DNA of 48,569 nucleotides from a virus (IMGVR_UViG_3300029305_004380:66042-114610), one strand, 5' to 3'; positions 1 through 9,437 are shown, counted from the first letter of the stretch. A program made the numbers and translations. The notes: a model not told the origin generated them from the letters alone.

Positions 1-589
1 AATAAATTCGATTATTAACTATTTTCGTAGCATCAACATTGTAATCATAAGCATCATGCCAATTAGCATTGTAATCCGTAGGTTTAACTCCTGATTTTCT
101 AATAGGCGTTATAGGAGTACCTTGTACCAATCGCACTTTATACGCATCTGATGCATAGGTACCGCCTGGAATCGAAATATTATCCAATAATGTATACTTA
201 ATATCTCCATTAGCAGTAGCAAAACTCATAAATTTATTCATATAAATAGGATATGAATTTGCATTAGTTATTGTAAGTTCTACGATAGCACTTCTCCACC
301 AATGCATCTTATATCCTATTAATCTAAATAATTGTCTAGCATTTGATCTCTGTGTAACAGTTCTTGGAAATGCTTCCAACGCTTGTTTATCTTGATTATA
401 AGATAACATATCTCCTAACATAGATATTAATTTTAATAAGACAATTCCAGGATCATTTTCATCTTCAGGAGACCAACTTCTAGTTAATTGAGGAATTGAT
501 TTTAATAATTCATCATATATGCTTTTAAAATCTCTACTAGTATATGAAAGATTAGGGCTTGTCAACATATCATTATTTTCATAATTCAA
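1..589 (-). CDS. Baseplate wedge subunit (T4 gp6 / baseplate J-like), 5' part, runs off the window
   Basis: Not in the ORF track. Hand translation from TTG at 589 (GAAGGGAG RBS at 600-607; alternative ATG at 568) gives ...MLTSPNLSYTSRDFKSIYDELLKSIPQLTRSWSPEDENDPGIVLLKLISMLGDMLSYNQDKQALEAF...ARQLFRLIGYK, a typical gp6-like N-terminus. It follows a gp25-like gene. Confidence 0.75.
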   Translation of the reverse strand, partial: MNYENNDMLTSPNLSYTSRDFKSIYDELLKSIPQLTRSWSPEDENDPGIVLLKLISMLGDMLSYNQDKQALEAFPRTVTQRSNARQLFRLIGYKMHWWRSAIVELTITNANSYPIYMNKFMSFATANGDIKYTLLDNISIPGGTYASDAYKVRLVQGTPITPIRKSGVKPTDYNANWHDAYDYNVDATKIVNNRIY

Positions 590-632
590 GTTTAATCATC
601 TCCCTTCAAATCGTAATTTATATATTTTTATT

Positions 633-1007
633 TTAATCAACAATAGTTTCAAACTCTCCAGTAATTCCAAATTTTTTAATAGTATATGTGATATTAATTT
701 TATAAGCTCCTGTATTCGCATTATCATATATAATTATATCTGATAAATTAACATTGATGGTAGGAACATATGTCTTTATTGTTTCTATGATTATTTCTTT
801 TACTTCACTAAGAGTTTTATTTGTTTTTAATTCAAAAACACTTTTTATTATATTAGTACCATAAGAAGGATCTCCTAATAATTCTCCTTTATTACAATAA
901 AATATACTTTTTAAACTTTGATTTATTGAATCTACATCATAGAGATATTGTGTACTTAATTTACCGTTATTTATATTAAACATTTTTGGAAATGAAATCA
1001 TATTCAT
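633..1007 (-). CDS. Baseplate wedge subunit, gp25/GPW-like (sheath initiator)
   Basis: KGELLGDPSYGTNI...FE motif. Start refined to MNMISF at 1007, with an AAGGTG RBS upstream; the ORF track starts at 1109. Confidence 0.8.
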   Translation of the reverse strand: MNMISFPKMFNINNGKLSTQYLYDVDSINQSLKSIFYCNKGELLGDPSYGTNIIKSVFELKTNKTLSEVKEIIIETIKTYVPTINVNLSDIIIYDNANTGAYKINITYTIKKFGITGEFETIVD

Positions 1008-1030
1008 AATATACAACACCTTCTTTAATC

Positions 1031-1993
1031 TTATAATATAAAATTTGATATCATCACTGCACATTTTCCAACATCTGTAGCCCAGTAAAATTGAATAGAA
1101 CTTGGACAATATGTATCACTCATTTGTGCTAAAGTTTTAAATGGTCCACCTTTACTTTTTATAGTATCACTACCTGGGTCGTAATATTGTTTTAAAAATT
1201 CATCATGAAAAATCTGAAATGCATTTGCAATTCCTCCAGCATTATCAAAATAATGTCCCCAATCTCCTAAACTTGAACTACAACCAAAATTCCAAAGATT
1301 ATATGTAGGAGCACTTTTACTACGCAAATTGCGACCCCAACCGGTTTCAATAGCACATATAGCTAATGAAACTAATACCGAAAGTCCTGTTTGAGTTTGA
1401 ACGTTATATAGTTGTTCTGCTAACTCTGATTTATTAGCTACATTTAGTTTTGAATTTGAATATGTACCAAAATAGCTAGTAGTTAAAATAGTATTTATTT
1501 GTTCTTTTGATAAAAATGCAATAGTTTTAATGTCCGCATGCATAAACTCATAATATGTAAATTTTTTACTTAAATCTACATTAGTATATCCGCCGGGAGG
1601 AACATAACCTATATTAATATTAAAAGAATCAAGATTCATATAGCCCATACCACCGAATGAATCAGCTATATCTAAACCTTTTCCGAGATAACCAATAATA
1701 ACAGGTCTTTTAGCATCTCCATTTTCAAATATTACATGACAAGGTAACACTTCTTTATTAAATAAATCTTTAAGTTGTTTTGATATCCATACAGGTGAAA
1801 CTAAACAATCTTTTACTTTTTCATATACAGCTGTGTTTAATGATTCACCATCTAAATTAACAGGAGATTCTATTATTTCTAAAGAAGGAATATATATTTT
1901 TACAATGTCATCCTTTTTTATAACATATGCTCTATATATTCCTGATAGCGATGAATCATTATTTAATAGATTGTTCATGTAAAAATTTTTCAT
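1031..1993 (-). CDS. Spike/hub paralog A: gp5-like OB-fold plus GH73 glucosaminidase-like domain
   Basis: N-terminal GIYRA...VIFENGDAKRPVIIG matches the gp5/VgrG OB-fold motif. C-terminal AICAIETGWG...YNLWNFG...TYCP...W matches the glucosaminidase family. Confidence 0.75.
   Translation of the reverse strand: MKNFYMNNLLNNDSSLSGIYRAYVIKKDDIVKIYIPSLEIIESPVNLDGESLNTAVYEKVKDCLVSPVWISKQLKDLFNKEVLPCHVIFENGDAKRPVIIGYLGKGLDIADSFGGMGYMNLDSFNINIGYVPPGGYTNVDLSKKFTYYEFMHADIKTIAFLSKEQINTILTTSYFGTYSNSKLNVANKSELAEQLYNVQTQTGLSVLVSLAICAIETGWGRNLRSKSAPTYNLWNFGCSSSLGDWGHYFDNAGGIANAFQIFHDEFLKQYYDPGSDTIKSKGGPFKTLAQMSDTYCPSSIQFYWATDVGKCAVMISNFIL
1701..1732. repeat. 32-bp exact direct repeat, copy 1 (copy 2 at 2855-2886), encoding the IFENGDAKRPV motif
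   Basis: acaggtcttttagcatctccattttcaaatat is identical in both places. A diverged third copy lies near 4176-4205. Confidence 0.9.
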
Positions 1994-2004
1994 AGTTTAA
2001 TTTC
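1933..2004. repeat. 72-bp direct repeat, copy 1 (copy 2 at 3033-3104), covering the start of spike paralogs A and B
   Basis: Offset is exactly 1100 bp with 2 mismatches (1948-1949). Bases 1950-2004 are identical (55 bp). Confidence 0.9.
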
Positions 2005-2016
2005 TCCTTATTATAA

Positions 2017-3093
2017 TCATGCTTTTTGTCTATCTCTTTCTATATCATCCTTTAATAGTCCATCAGATTTTTTTAATTCAGTTTCTGCATTTACTAAATC
2101 ATCATTAGTTATATGATTTGTACTTAATGCTGTTTCTTTATCAACATCATCTATAGTTTCAATTTCAACACTAATTATATTTAAAGTAGAAGTATTGTAT
2201 ATAAACTTTCCTTTAAATTTATGATTATTTAGTGTTTCAGTAAATGTAACTTGTGATTCTGGATTTATAGGACGCGCACATGAACTAAATAAGTATTTAC
2301 TTTTATTTGTTGCAGCAGATTTAACAGTCATACCGTCCATATAATATTTATTTTCATGCACTTTATTATATCCTGAAGCACCACCTGATTGACTATAACC
2401 TTCTATTACTGTAAACGAATCCGTATCTACAGATTTTACAATCCATACGTGGCCTCTACTATTTGCACCACTCATATATTTCATACTCATAATATCTCCT
2501 GGTAAAAACCCGCCGGTGCGAGATCCATTTGCAGTATATGATGTAAATAAATTATTAAAACGAGAAAGAACAGTATTAGCAAAAGTCCATCCATCGCCCA
2601 TACTCATTAATTTACTCTTATCTATTTCAAAAACTTCATTTAAATATCTTTTAGCCATATCTACACATTCTATAGATCCTGATCCATCAAAATCAAATGT
2701 AAGTTCTCCATCAGTAGTATCATTTAACCAATTAATAATATCTTGTGAAACAGTTCCTGACGTAACAAACGATTTAAATCCACTATTATTATCCATATAA
2801 TACCCAATACCGAATACTGCATCCTTGATAGAATCTCCAAAAAATCCTATTATTACAGGTCTTTTAGCATCTCCATTTTCAAATATAACCCATACGTTAT
2901 CTTCATCTTCACAACTTGTAGATAATTTATTCGGTCCACACCAAACAGCTGTTTCTAAATGTACGTCTTCTAAAGTTTTTGCATCACTTAATGCTGGAAT
3001 TCTGACATCTGTTTTATTATATACTTTTGCTTTATATATTCCTGATAATGATGAATCATTATTTAATAGATTGTTCATGTAAAAATTTTTCAT
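2017..3093 (-). CDS. Spike/hub paralog B: gp5-like OB-fold plus CHAP domain
   Basis: First 20 aa identical to paralog A (MKNFYMNNLLNNDSSLSGIY), followed by VWVIFENGDAKRPVIIG. CHAP dyad: ECVD (Cys) and RGHVWIV (His). Confidence 0.78.
   Translation of the reverse strand: MKNFYMNNLLNNDSSLSGIYKAKVYNKTDVRIPALSDAKTLEDVHLETAVWCGPNKLSTSCEDEDNVWVIFENGDAKRPVIIGFFGDSIKDAVFGIGYYMDNNSGFKSFVTSGTVSQDIINWLNDTTDGELTFDFDGSGSIECVDMAKRYLNEVFEIDKSKLMSMGDGWTFANTVLSRFNNLFTSYTANGSRTGGFLPGDIMSMKYMSGANSRGHVWIVKSVDTDSFTVIEGYSQSGGASGYNKVHENKYYMDGMTVKSAATNKSKYLFSSCARPINPESQVTFTETLNNHKFKGKFIYNTSTLNIISVEIETIDDVDKETALSTNHITNDDLVNAETELKKSDGLLKDDIERDRQKA
2855..2886. repeat. 32-bp exact direct repeat, copy 2
   Basis: Identical to 1701-1732. 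Confidence 0.9.
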
Positions 3094-3104
3094 AGTTTAA
3101 TTTC
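3033..3104. repeat. 72-bp direct repeat, copy 2
   Basis: Matches 1933-2004 with 2 mismatches. Confidence 0.9.
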
Positions 3105-3124
3105 CTTTACTATACTCTCAATAA

Positions 3125-4465
3125 TTAGCCTCCTAAATAAGTAAAATGCATAAAATCTTTTAGGTTGTTCCAATTTCCTCCCCATGACCATCCATATTTA
3201 GCAAATATTTCAACTACTTTAGGAGTAACTTTATATTGATTATTACTTGCATACCAGTTATTTATAACGCTTTGATTAGTAGTCATAGGATTATTGGCAG
3301 GATTTACATCAATAGCAGTGCCGTATGAATGATGACTTCTTGCTGTTGAACTTCCTCTAACTAATCTCCAATTATAACCACATGTATCACTACTAATTAA
3401 AAATCCAATATTAAATATTTCTTCAAATATTTTTTCTACATCTCCTGCCAATTTTTTATGAACTGTTATTCTATGTGTAGAAGCTCCAACTGGAGTATTA
3501 CATTTAAATGTTACAGATTTTGTATATTGTGATGAAACAACTGGAGATGTAGGTAATCCTAAACCATCCCATAAAAAAGCGATTTTTTCAGCTTTAGTGC
3601 CTTTATTAGCTACGGTTGTATCGTATTGTTTTTTATCGGTTCCACCTGCTGTTTTAGGTCTAGCAATTCCTGTTAAAACATATGAACCCAAATTCACACC
3701 TGCCAATGTAAGATTTTTTTCATGTAATACGCCTGATAATTCTTTATATTCTCCAGACGAACTATAATATTCTATAATGCTTATAGTATCACCGCTTACA
3801 GATTTTACTATCATTACATGACCTTCAGATCTGCCATTTGGAATATAACCTGATACAATATCACCTGCCATAAGTGTCACTTTGTTATTAGTAACTTCAA
3901 TATAATCAAATTTATCATTATATTTGGTACCTACAGATTTTGAAACATCCTTGCCATCACCTAATGATTCCACATTCGTTATACCAAATACTTCCTTTAA
4001 ATATTTTTTAACTAAATCAACACATTCAATACCATTATCATCTTGATCTACTGCATCAACACCATCTTTTTGAAGAGCTAACCATTCAGCTATGTTATAC
4101 TCTCCACCTAAATTATCATCATTAACAGGTAGCATTACTCCAATTCCACCACTTATTAAGTAATTTGTTACTACTACAGGTCTTTTTGTATCTCCATTTT
4201 CAAACATTACCCATGATACATCTCCATCCGGAATAACGCATGATTGTTTATTAAAAGCACACCACTGAACTACAGGTAATGTATCTTTAAACTCAGTGGT
4301 AGTAAAAGCGTTTGGATCAAAATTTCCAGATTTATCTCTTGAATGATCTATACCTGGAACAAATGCAACAATCTCATCTTTACTATTTTTTAATAATATA
4401 GCTCTGTATATTCCCGCACTATTTGAATCATTATTTAATAAACTATTCATGTAAAAGTCTTTCAT
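3125..4465 (-). CDS. Spike/hub paralog C: gp5-like OB-fold plus CHAP plus M15 zinc peptidase
   Basis: Starts MKDFYMNSLLNNDSNSAGIYRA, then WVMFENGDTKRPVVV. CHAP motifs ECVD and EGHVMIV. M15 motifs SHHSYGTAIDVN, GWSWGGNW and DFMHF. Confidence 0.8.
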   Translation of the reverse strand: MKDFYMNSLLNNDSNSAGIYRAILLKNSKDEIVAFVPGIDHSRDKSGNFDPNAFTTTEFKDTLPVVQWCAFNKQSCVIPDGDVSWVMFENGDTKRPVVVTNYLISGGIGVMLPVNDDNLGGEYNIAEWLALQKDGVDAVDQDDNGIECVDLVKKYLKEVFGITNVESLGDGKDVSKSVGTKYNDKFDYIEVTNNKVTLMAGDIVSGYIPNGRSEGHVMIVKSVSGDTISIIEYYSSSGEYKELSGVLHEKNLTLAGVNLGSYVLTGIARPKTAGGTDKKQYDTTVANKGTKAEKIAFLWDGLGLPTSPVVSSQYTKSVTFKCNTPVGASTHRITVHKKLAGDVEKIFEEIFNIGFLISSDTCGYNWRLVRGSSTARSHHSYGTAIDVNPANNPMTTNQSVINNWYASNNQYKVTPKVVEIFAKYGWSWGGNWNNLKDFMHFTYLGG

Positions 4466-4477
4466 TGTTTTCTCCTA

Positions 4478-7174
4478 TTATTCAAATATAATCCATTCTG
4501 ATTCTCCATTTTCTTTTTTATTCTTATCACTTGTGAACTTATCTGTATTATTGGCAATATCTTTCTCTAAGTGATCAGTAATTTCGCCCCAAGAACTTTT
4601 ATTATATTGATGTAAATCATACTGACCTTTATCTAAACCATCTATCATAATAACATTTATGTCTACAATATTTCCAGCACTATCTTTATGAACATTATAA
4701 ATGACTTCATATTTTTCATTATTTTTCATTATAACAGCGCTCTTAAATTTTGCTCTATCTTTTGAATCTTTATCATAAACATCAAAAGTGCCATCGTTAT
4801 CATCATCTTTATCTTCGCTATCAACTGCACCATCTTTATCCGTATCTTCAAGTAACTTTTTCTTTTTATCTTCTTCAGAAGCTTTATCATATTCCATATT
4901 AAATTTAATATTGTCTACCAAATATGTATTACCTTTTTCTGAAAAATCAGCAGTAACTTTGTCCATTATATCTTTAACTGTAAATGATTTATCATCAACT
5001 GGTTTTATATTTAAATCAGTTATATCATAACGTTTTCCATCAGGTCCAATTATATAATCTACAGCCACTTCGTCTATAGATGCATTATTTGGATCATCAC
5101 CATCGGCCATATATTTAAATGAACCTACTATTCTAAATTTAACACCGTCATATTCATATGTTTCAGAGAATGTATTTCCTAAATTTCCTAAATATGTAGG
5201 CTCAGGATCATATGATATATCAATTTTTGTCAAATTTAAAGTTGTCTCATAACCACTATTATTCATTACATCAAGTTTTTTAGTGATAAAATATGTTCCA
5301 GAACTATGATGTAATTTATTTCCCAATATGGCTTGTACTTTAACTAATCCATTCATAGGAACTTCTGATGGAACACCTTGTATTGTAAGAGTTGCATTGT
5401 ACATATATTGAGTATATGAAGACCATTTAGAATATTCTTGAGCAGTATTTAATGTAGCCCATGTATCAGTATCTTTTACACCTAATCTCGGAGAATTAAC
5501 ACCTTTAATATTTTTTACTTCTCCTGATTCTGTTATTGTAACATATTCATCACCTGTTTTTTGTAAACTGCATGCTAAAGTTAATAACATAGAACCACTA
5601 AAATTAGGTTTCCATACTTTAACAATATGATTAAATCCATTATCAGATTTACCATACCAATTAAAAGTAATATTAGCACTTGCAGGTAATTTATCTTCAT
5701 TACCATTACTTGTATAGGATGAAACAGATGGTACTTTATACACCCAAATTAAATTTTCACATTCTTCATCTCCTATATCATCTACATAAAAATTATATAT
5801 TTGTTTTTGTGTAGGACATATATTTTTATTAGATTTAAAAAAGTCTGCTTCGGTTTGATGAATACAACCTGCTAACACGTCTGTAAATATTTGATATAAA
5901 GTCTTATTATTAACATTGATTAAATCATTATAAGCACCTAAATAATTAGGTCCTGTACCATTTTCATTAACAGCTTGTTTATCAAATCTTATATCAAATA
6001 ATCGTTTATTATTTACAGATATTTTTTCAGAAAATTCAGTTTGAACAAAATTAAATAAAAATTGAAATGGATCCGGATGTTCTTCATCTAACCCCACCAC
6101 ATGTTCTGGTTTTTTTGAAAATTTTGTTTCATTTGCTACATATACATATGCCGTTCCTGTAATAACATATTCTAAAAAATCATGAGCGATAGTATTATCA
6201 TAATCTAAAATCATACCTCTATATGTTTGACTCCTCAATGAAGGTTCATTACCATATCCATACACAAACTCACAATAATTATTCATATTTGAAGTTGTAA
6301 TTAAGTTACCACTTTCATCTGTAAACTTAGTAGCTGCTAATAAAATTTTATCAATTGCATCTATATCCATGAGAGTATTTTCATGAACTCTATATGTTAT
6401 TGTTAAAGTAAATTTATTAGCGACACCTGATCCATTTTGTTCTATTTGAAATTTAGTAAAAATATTCTTATTAAATTCTGGGCTTGTAGTGTCAACTAAT
6501 AATAAACCTTTACATTTGAATACAAGATATAATGAATAAACAGGAATACCATTGTTATATCTGTTAACCAATGTTTGTAACTTATTATTAAAATCTATCA
6601 TTTTAGATTCATTACTAAATGCTTGATATTTAGCTGCTTCAGGTAATTTTGTTTCATCTATGTTGTCTATTTTGTCTTTAATTGATTCTTCAGGTTCTGA
6701 TTTTTCTATTTCATTTTTTTTCGTCAGCAACTGAATATTATTTTGTACATATCCAGATACCCATTTACCCTGAGTTGTTTTATCATCTAAAGTTATAATG
6801 TTATATGATTCACCATCTTTTTTATATTTCAATTTTAAACCAACTGGTGATGGATTGCCACTCATAGATACGTGGTTACTATTAACATTTATAAATACAC
6901 TAAAAGTTGGATGAGATGTAAGTTGGTGTGCACCTACATTTATAGTCCCCTCCAAATTTAGCAAATTATCTTTATATAGATTAAATTCATATGTTGGTAA
7001 AATAGTTTGCATCTGATCTGATAAAGGGTCGTTTTTTGTTAAATATATTTTAGCAATGCCTGCATCATTGCCAGCTGAATCTGTGATATTCAAAGCCATG
7101 AACGGTACGTTTGTAGTATCTAGATTAACACCAAATGTTATTTCTTTTCTAATTTCTCCATTTTCTGTTACCAT
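4478..7174 (-). CDS. Baseplate hub protein (gp27 / phage late control D-like) with N- and C-terminal extensions
   Basis: Hub-like elements ANKFTLTITY, EFVYGY...YRGMILDY and ATLTIQGVP...GTYFITKKLD...YETTLNL. Located between the LysM gene and the spike genes. Confidence 0.65.
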   Translation of the reverse strand: MVTENGEIRKEITFGVNLDTTNVPFMALNITDSAGNDAGIAKIYLTKNDPLSDQMQTILPTYEFNLYKDNLLNLEGTINVGAHQLTSHPTFSVFINVNSNHVSMSGNPSPVGLKLKYKKDGESYNIITLDDKTTQGKWVSGYVQNNIQLLTKKNEIEKSEPEESIKDKIDNIDETKLPEAAKYQAFSNESKMIDFNNKLQTLVNRYNNGIPVYSLYLVFKCKGLLLVDTTSPEFNKNIFTKFQIEQNGSGVANKFTLTITYRVHENTLMDIDAIDKILLAATKFTDESGNLITTSNMNNYCEFVYGYGNEPSLRSQTYRGMILDYDNTIAHDFLEYVITGTAYVYVANETKFSKKPEHVVGLDEEHPDPFQFLFNFVQTEFSEKISVNNKRLFDIRFDKQAVNENGTGPNYLGAYNDLINVNNKTLYQIFTDVLAGCIHQTEADFFKSNKNICPTQKQIYNFYVDDIGDEECENLIWVYKVPSVSSYTSNGNEDKLPASANITFNWYGKSDNGFNHIVKVWKPNFSGSMLLTLACSLQKTGDEYVTITESGEVKNIKGVNSPRLGVKDTDTWATLNTAQEYSKWSSYTQYMYNATLTIQGVPSEVPMNGLVKVQAILGNKLHHSSGTYFITKKLDVMNNSGYETTLNLTKIDISYDPEPTYLGNLGNTFSETYEYDGVKFRIVGSFKYMADGDDPNNASIDEVAVDYIIGPDGKRYDITDLNIKPVDDKSFTVKDIMDKVTADFSEKGNTYLVDNIKFNMEYDKASEEDKKKKLLEDTDKDGAVDSEDKDDDNDGTFDVYDKDSKDRAKFKSAVIMKNNEKYEVIYNVHKDSAGNIVDINVIMIDGLDKGQYDLHQYNKSSWGEITDHLEKDIANNTDKFTSDKNKKENGESEWIIFE

Positions 7175-7186
7175 ATCATTTCTCCA

Positions 7187-7678
7187 TTATATATAATAAT
7201 CTACAATTGATGAAAATGGAGGTATTCTTAATATTCTACCTCTAAACACCTCATTAATAGGATCTATTATCATGTTTGCTTCGGCAATAATCCACCAATA
7301 AGATGCATCTCCATAATATTTTAACGCTAACTTATCTAATCTACCGATATCTGAATTACTAATTGTATGATAAAAATCTCCTGTTGATTTTTTAACTCCA
7401 CTAAATCTATAAAACACATGATAAGATTTACCTAATATTTTTAATGTTTTTACTTTTTTATATCTACTAATATGAAGATAATTAACAGGAGAATATTCAA
7501 CTGGATCTTCATAAATAGTTCTAAAATAATCAGGTTTTCTTTCAGAAGGATAATGATTAATTTTAAAGTGTTTTGAATCTTCATAATTGTATGTTTTATA
7601 AAATTCTTGATCTATTTTACCAGGTGATATTCTTTTTTCTCTTTCTATAGGTTTATGTCTTAATTGCATATATATCAC
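7187..7678 (-). CDS. LysM-like baseplate protein (gp53 / tail X-like)
   Basis: RLDKLALKYYGDASYWWIIAEANMIIDP...GRILRIP. Confidence 0.78.
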   Translation of the reverse strand: MIYMQLRHKPIEREKRISPGKIDQEFYKTYNYEDSKHFKINHYPSERKPDYFRTIYEDPVEYSPVNYLHISRYKKVKTLKILGKSYHVFYRFSGVKKSTGDFYHTISNSDIGRLDKLALKYYGDASYWWIIAEANMIIDPINEVFRGRILRIPPFSSIVDYYI

Positions 7679-9060
7679 CTTCCATTAAATAACCATTTAT
7701 ATAACAAAGCTATCATTGAACCTTTATCAACCTGCATATCAAAAGTAGTCCATGCAGAAGGAGTATTAATAATTCCTCTATCACATAAAGTGTCTAAACA
7801 ATTTCTACCCCAATGATCAGGTACTCTATTAACATATAAAGATGATATTCCACCTGTAGCTTTACACACTAATGCTAATAATAAAGCCTTTGTAAGATTA
7901 TTATTCAATGTAGCAATCCATTGAGCAGGTTCTTGAATAACTCCTTTACCTACTAATGAAATAACATAAGGTTGAGCCCAATGTATTGATGGATTAGTTT
8001 CATATGAAGTCCATGTACCACCTGTAGCTTTATCTATGATTGCTAATGTCATTGCTTTATTAATAGGACTATTTAAATCCACCCATTCTTTTTCAGTTTG
8101 AATTATATTATTATTTTTAAAAAAATCAACATATTGTTTGGCCCAATGATGATTACCTTTATAACAAAATTGTAAATAGTCAAGAGAAACATAAGCATCA
8201 CTTGTATATTTTATTTTTGCCCATTTATTATTTACAGCAATAACTTCAACTTCTTCATTTCTTTTTAATTTGTATTTTATATCATAAGATGTAGAAGGGC
8301 CTTGTCTTACATTCAATGAATCGCAATTAATAACTTTATATATTCCTAAAGACACATTATCTTCTTTCAATCTGGATTTAAATTGAATCCATTCTTGATG
8401 GTTATCTACAAAAGGTTTAGGACAAATTTTCCCAGTAACATCATAATGTCTAATAACATTGTTAGAAGATATATTATATTTATTCATAAGATATTTAACT
8501 AATAATGCACAATTGATTACAGTTTGTTCTTTAAAATAATATGATCCATTTGAATATTTTCTACTACACATTTCTATTCCTATAGAATTAGAATTAGTAC
8601 AAATTTTATAATAACTATGTCCATTGGAACCTTGCAATCCGCCACCACAATGCCAAGAAATATCTTCATCTTTAACACATCTATAAATTACATTTTCATC
8701 AACAAAATAGTGCGCACTCGCACCTCTATACGTAGATTTAAAATAATTTGTATTTCCTTTTGCAGTGTCACCATTATTAGCAGTATAATGAATAACAATA
8801 TATTTAATTGTAGTTCTTGAACTATTGGTAAAATTTTTAGTTGTTAAATTATCATAAATATTAAATGCATTTGCATGACCTACTATTTCTTCTTCATCTG
8901 ATTCATATAATGATTCTTCATCAGAATATGATTCAATACCATCAAAGCCCATTATATCTGGATCTAAACTATTTCTAAATTCAAACCAATCTTTTTCAGT
9001 CATAGTTGATTCATTTTTAGGCACCAATCCTAATTTAAAAGCTTCACTAGACCAAGTCAT
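7675..9060 (-). CDS. N-acetylmuramoyl-L-alanine amidase (Amidase_2) with SH3b and three SLH-like repeats; probable endolysin
   Basis: Amidase motifs IVIHYTAN, SAHYFVD, SIGIEMC and RHYDVTGKICP. SH3b: LNVRQGPSTSY...WAKI. SLH-like: HWAKQYV, HWAQPYV, HWGRNCL. Confidence 0.88.
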   Translation of the reverse strand: MTWSSEAFKLGLVPKNESTMTEKDWFEFRNSLDPDIMGFDGIESYSDEESLYESDEEEIVGHANAFNIYDNLTTKNFTNSSRTTIKYIVIHYTANNGDTAKGNTNYFKSTYRGASAHYFVDENVIYRCVKDEDISWHCGGGLQGSNGHSYYKICTNSNSIGIEMCSRKYSNGSYYFKEQTVINCALLVKYLMNKYNISSNNVIRHYDVTGKICPKPFVDNHQEWIQFKSRLKEDNVSLGIYKVINCDSLNVRQGPSTSYDIKYKLKRNEEVEVIAVNNKWAKIKYTSDAYVSLDYLQFCYKGNHHWAKQYVDFFKNNNIIQTEKEWVDLNSPINKAMTLAIIDKATGGTWTSYETNPSIHWAQPYVISLVGKGVIQEPAQWIATLNNNLTKALLLALVCKATGGISSLYVNRVPDHWGRNCLDTLCDRGIINTPSAWTTFDMQVDKGSMIALLYKWLFNGR

Positions 9061-9077
9061 TTTATCACACTCCTTTA

Positions 9078-9413
9078 TTACATATAGTATGATTCATCAT
9101 TACATCCTTTTTTTCGTGTTTTTGTAGTTGTTTTTATTATTTCCGTGATAGATTCTTCTATTATTTCTTTATCATTTGATTCTTCAATAATTTCGTCATT
9201 TGTGTTCACTATTTCTTCTGTTATTTCTTCAATTTCTATATTTTCTTCTTCATCACTTAACACTTCAGAAACATAATCATTTATTTCGTCTTCTTCATTG
9301 TCACATACTGTTGTTTCAACTGTTTCTGTTAAAACTTCACTTTCTACATTTGCATTTCCATTCGCATTAAATAAATCCTCAGTTAAAATTCTCTTTTTAT
9401 CATTTTTTCCCAT
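9078..9413 (-). CDS. Acidic hypothetical protein
   Basis: 111-aa Glu-rich ORF with an AAGGAG RBS, within the operon. Confidence 0.6.
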   Translation of the reverse strand: MGKNDKKRILTEDLFNANGNANVESEVLTETVETTVCDNEEDEINDYVSEVLSDEEENIEIEEITEEIVNTNDEIIEESNDKEIIEESITEIIKTTTKTRKKGCNDESYYM

Positions 9414-9437
9414 TTTAAAACATCTCCTTTTTATTTT

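Noticed and set aside
1530-1580. LSKKFTYYEF in paralog A resembling the start of an M15 peptidase
   Set aside because: No zinc ligands follow, and the downstream domain is glucosaminidase-like. It is at most a remnant.
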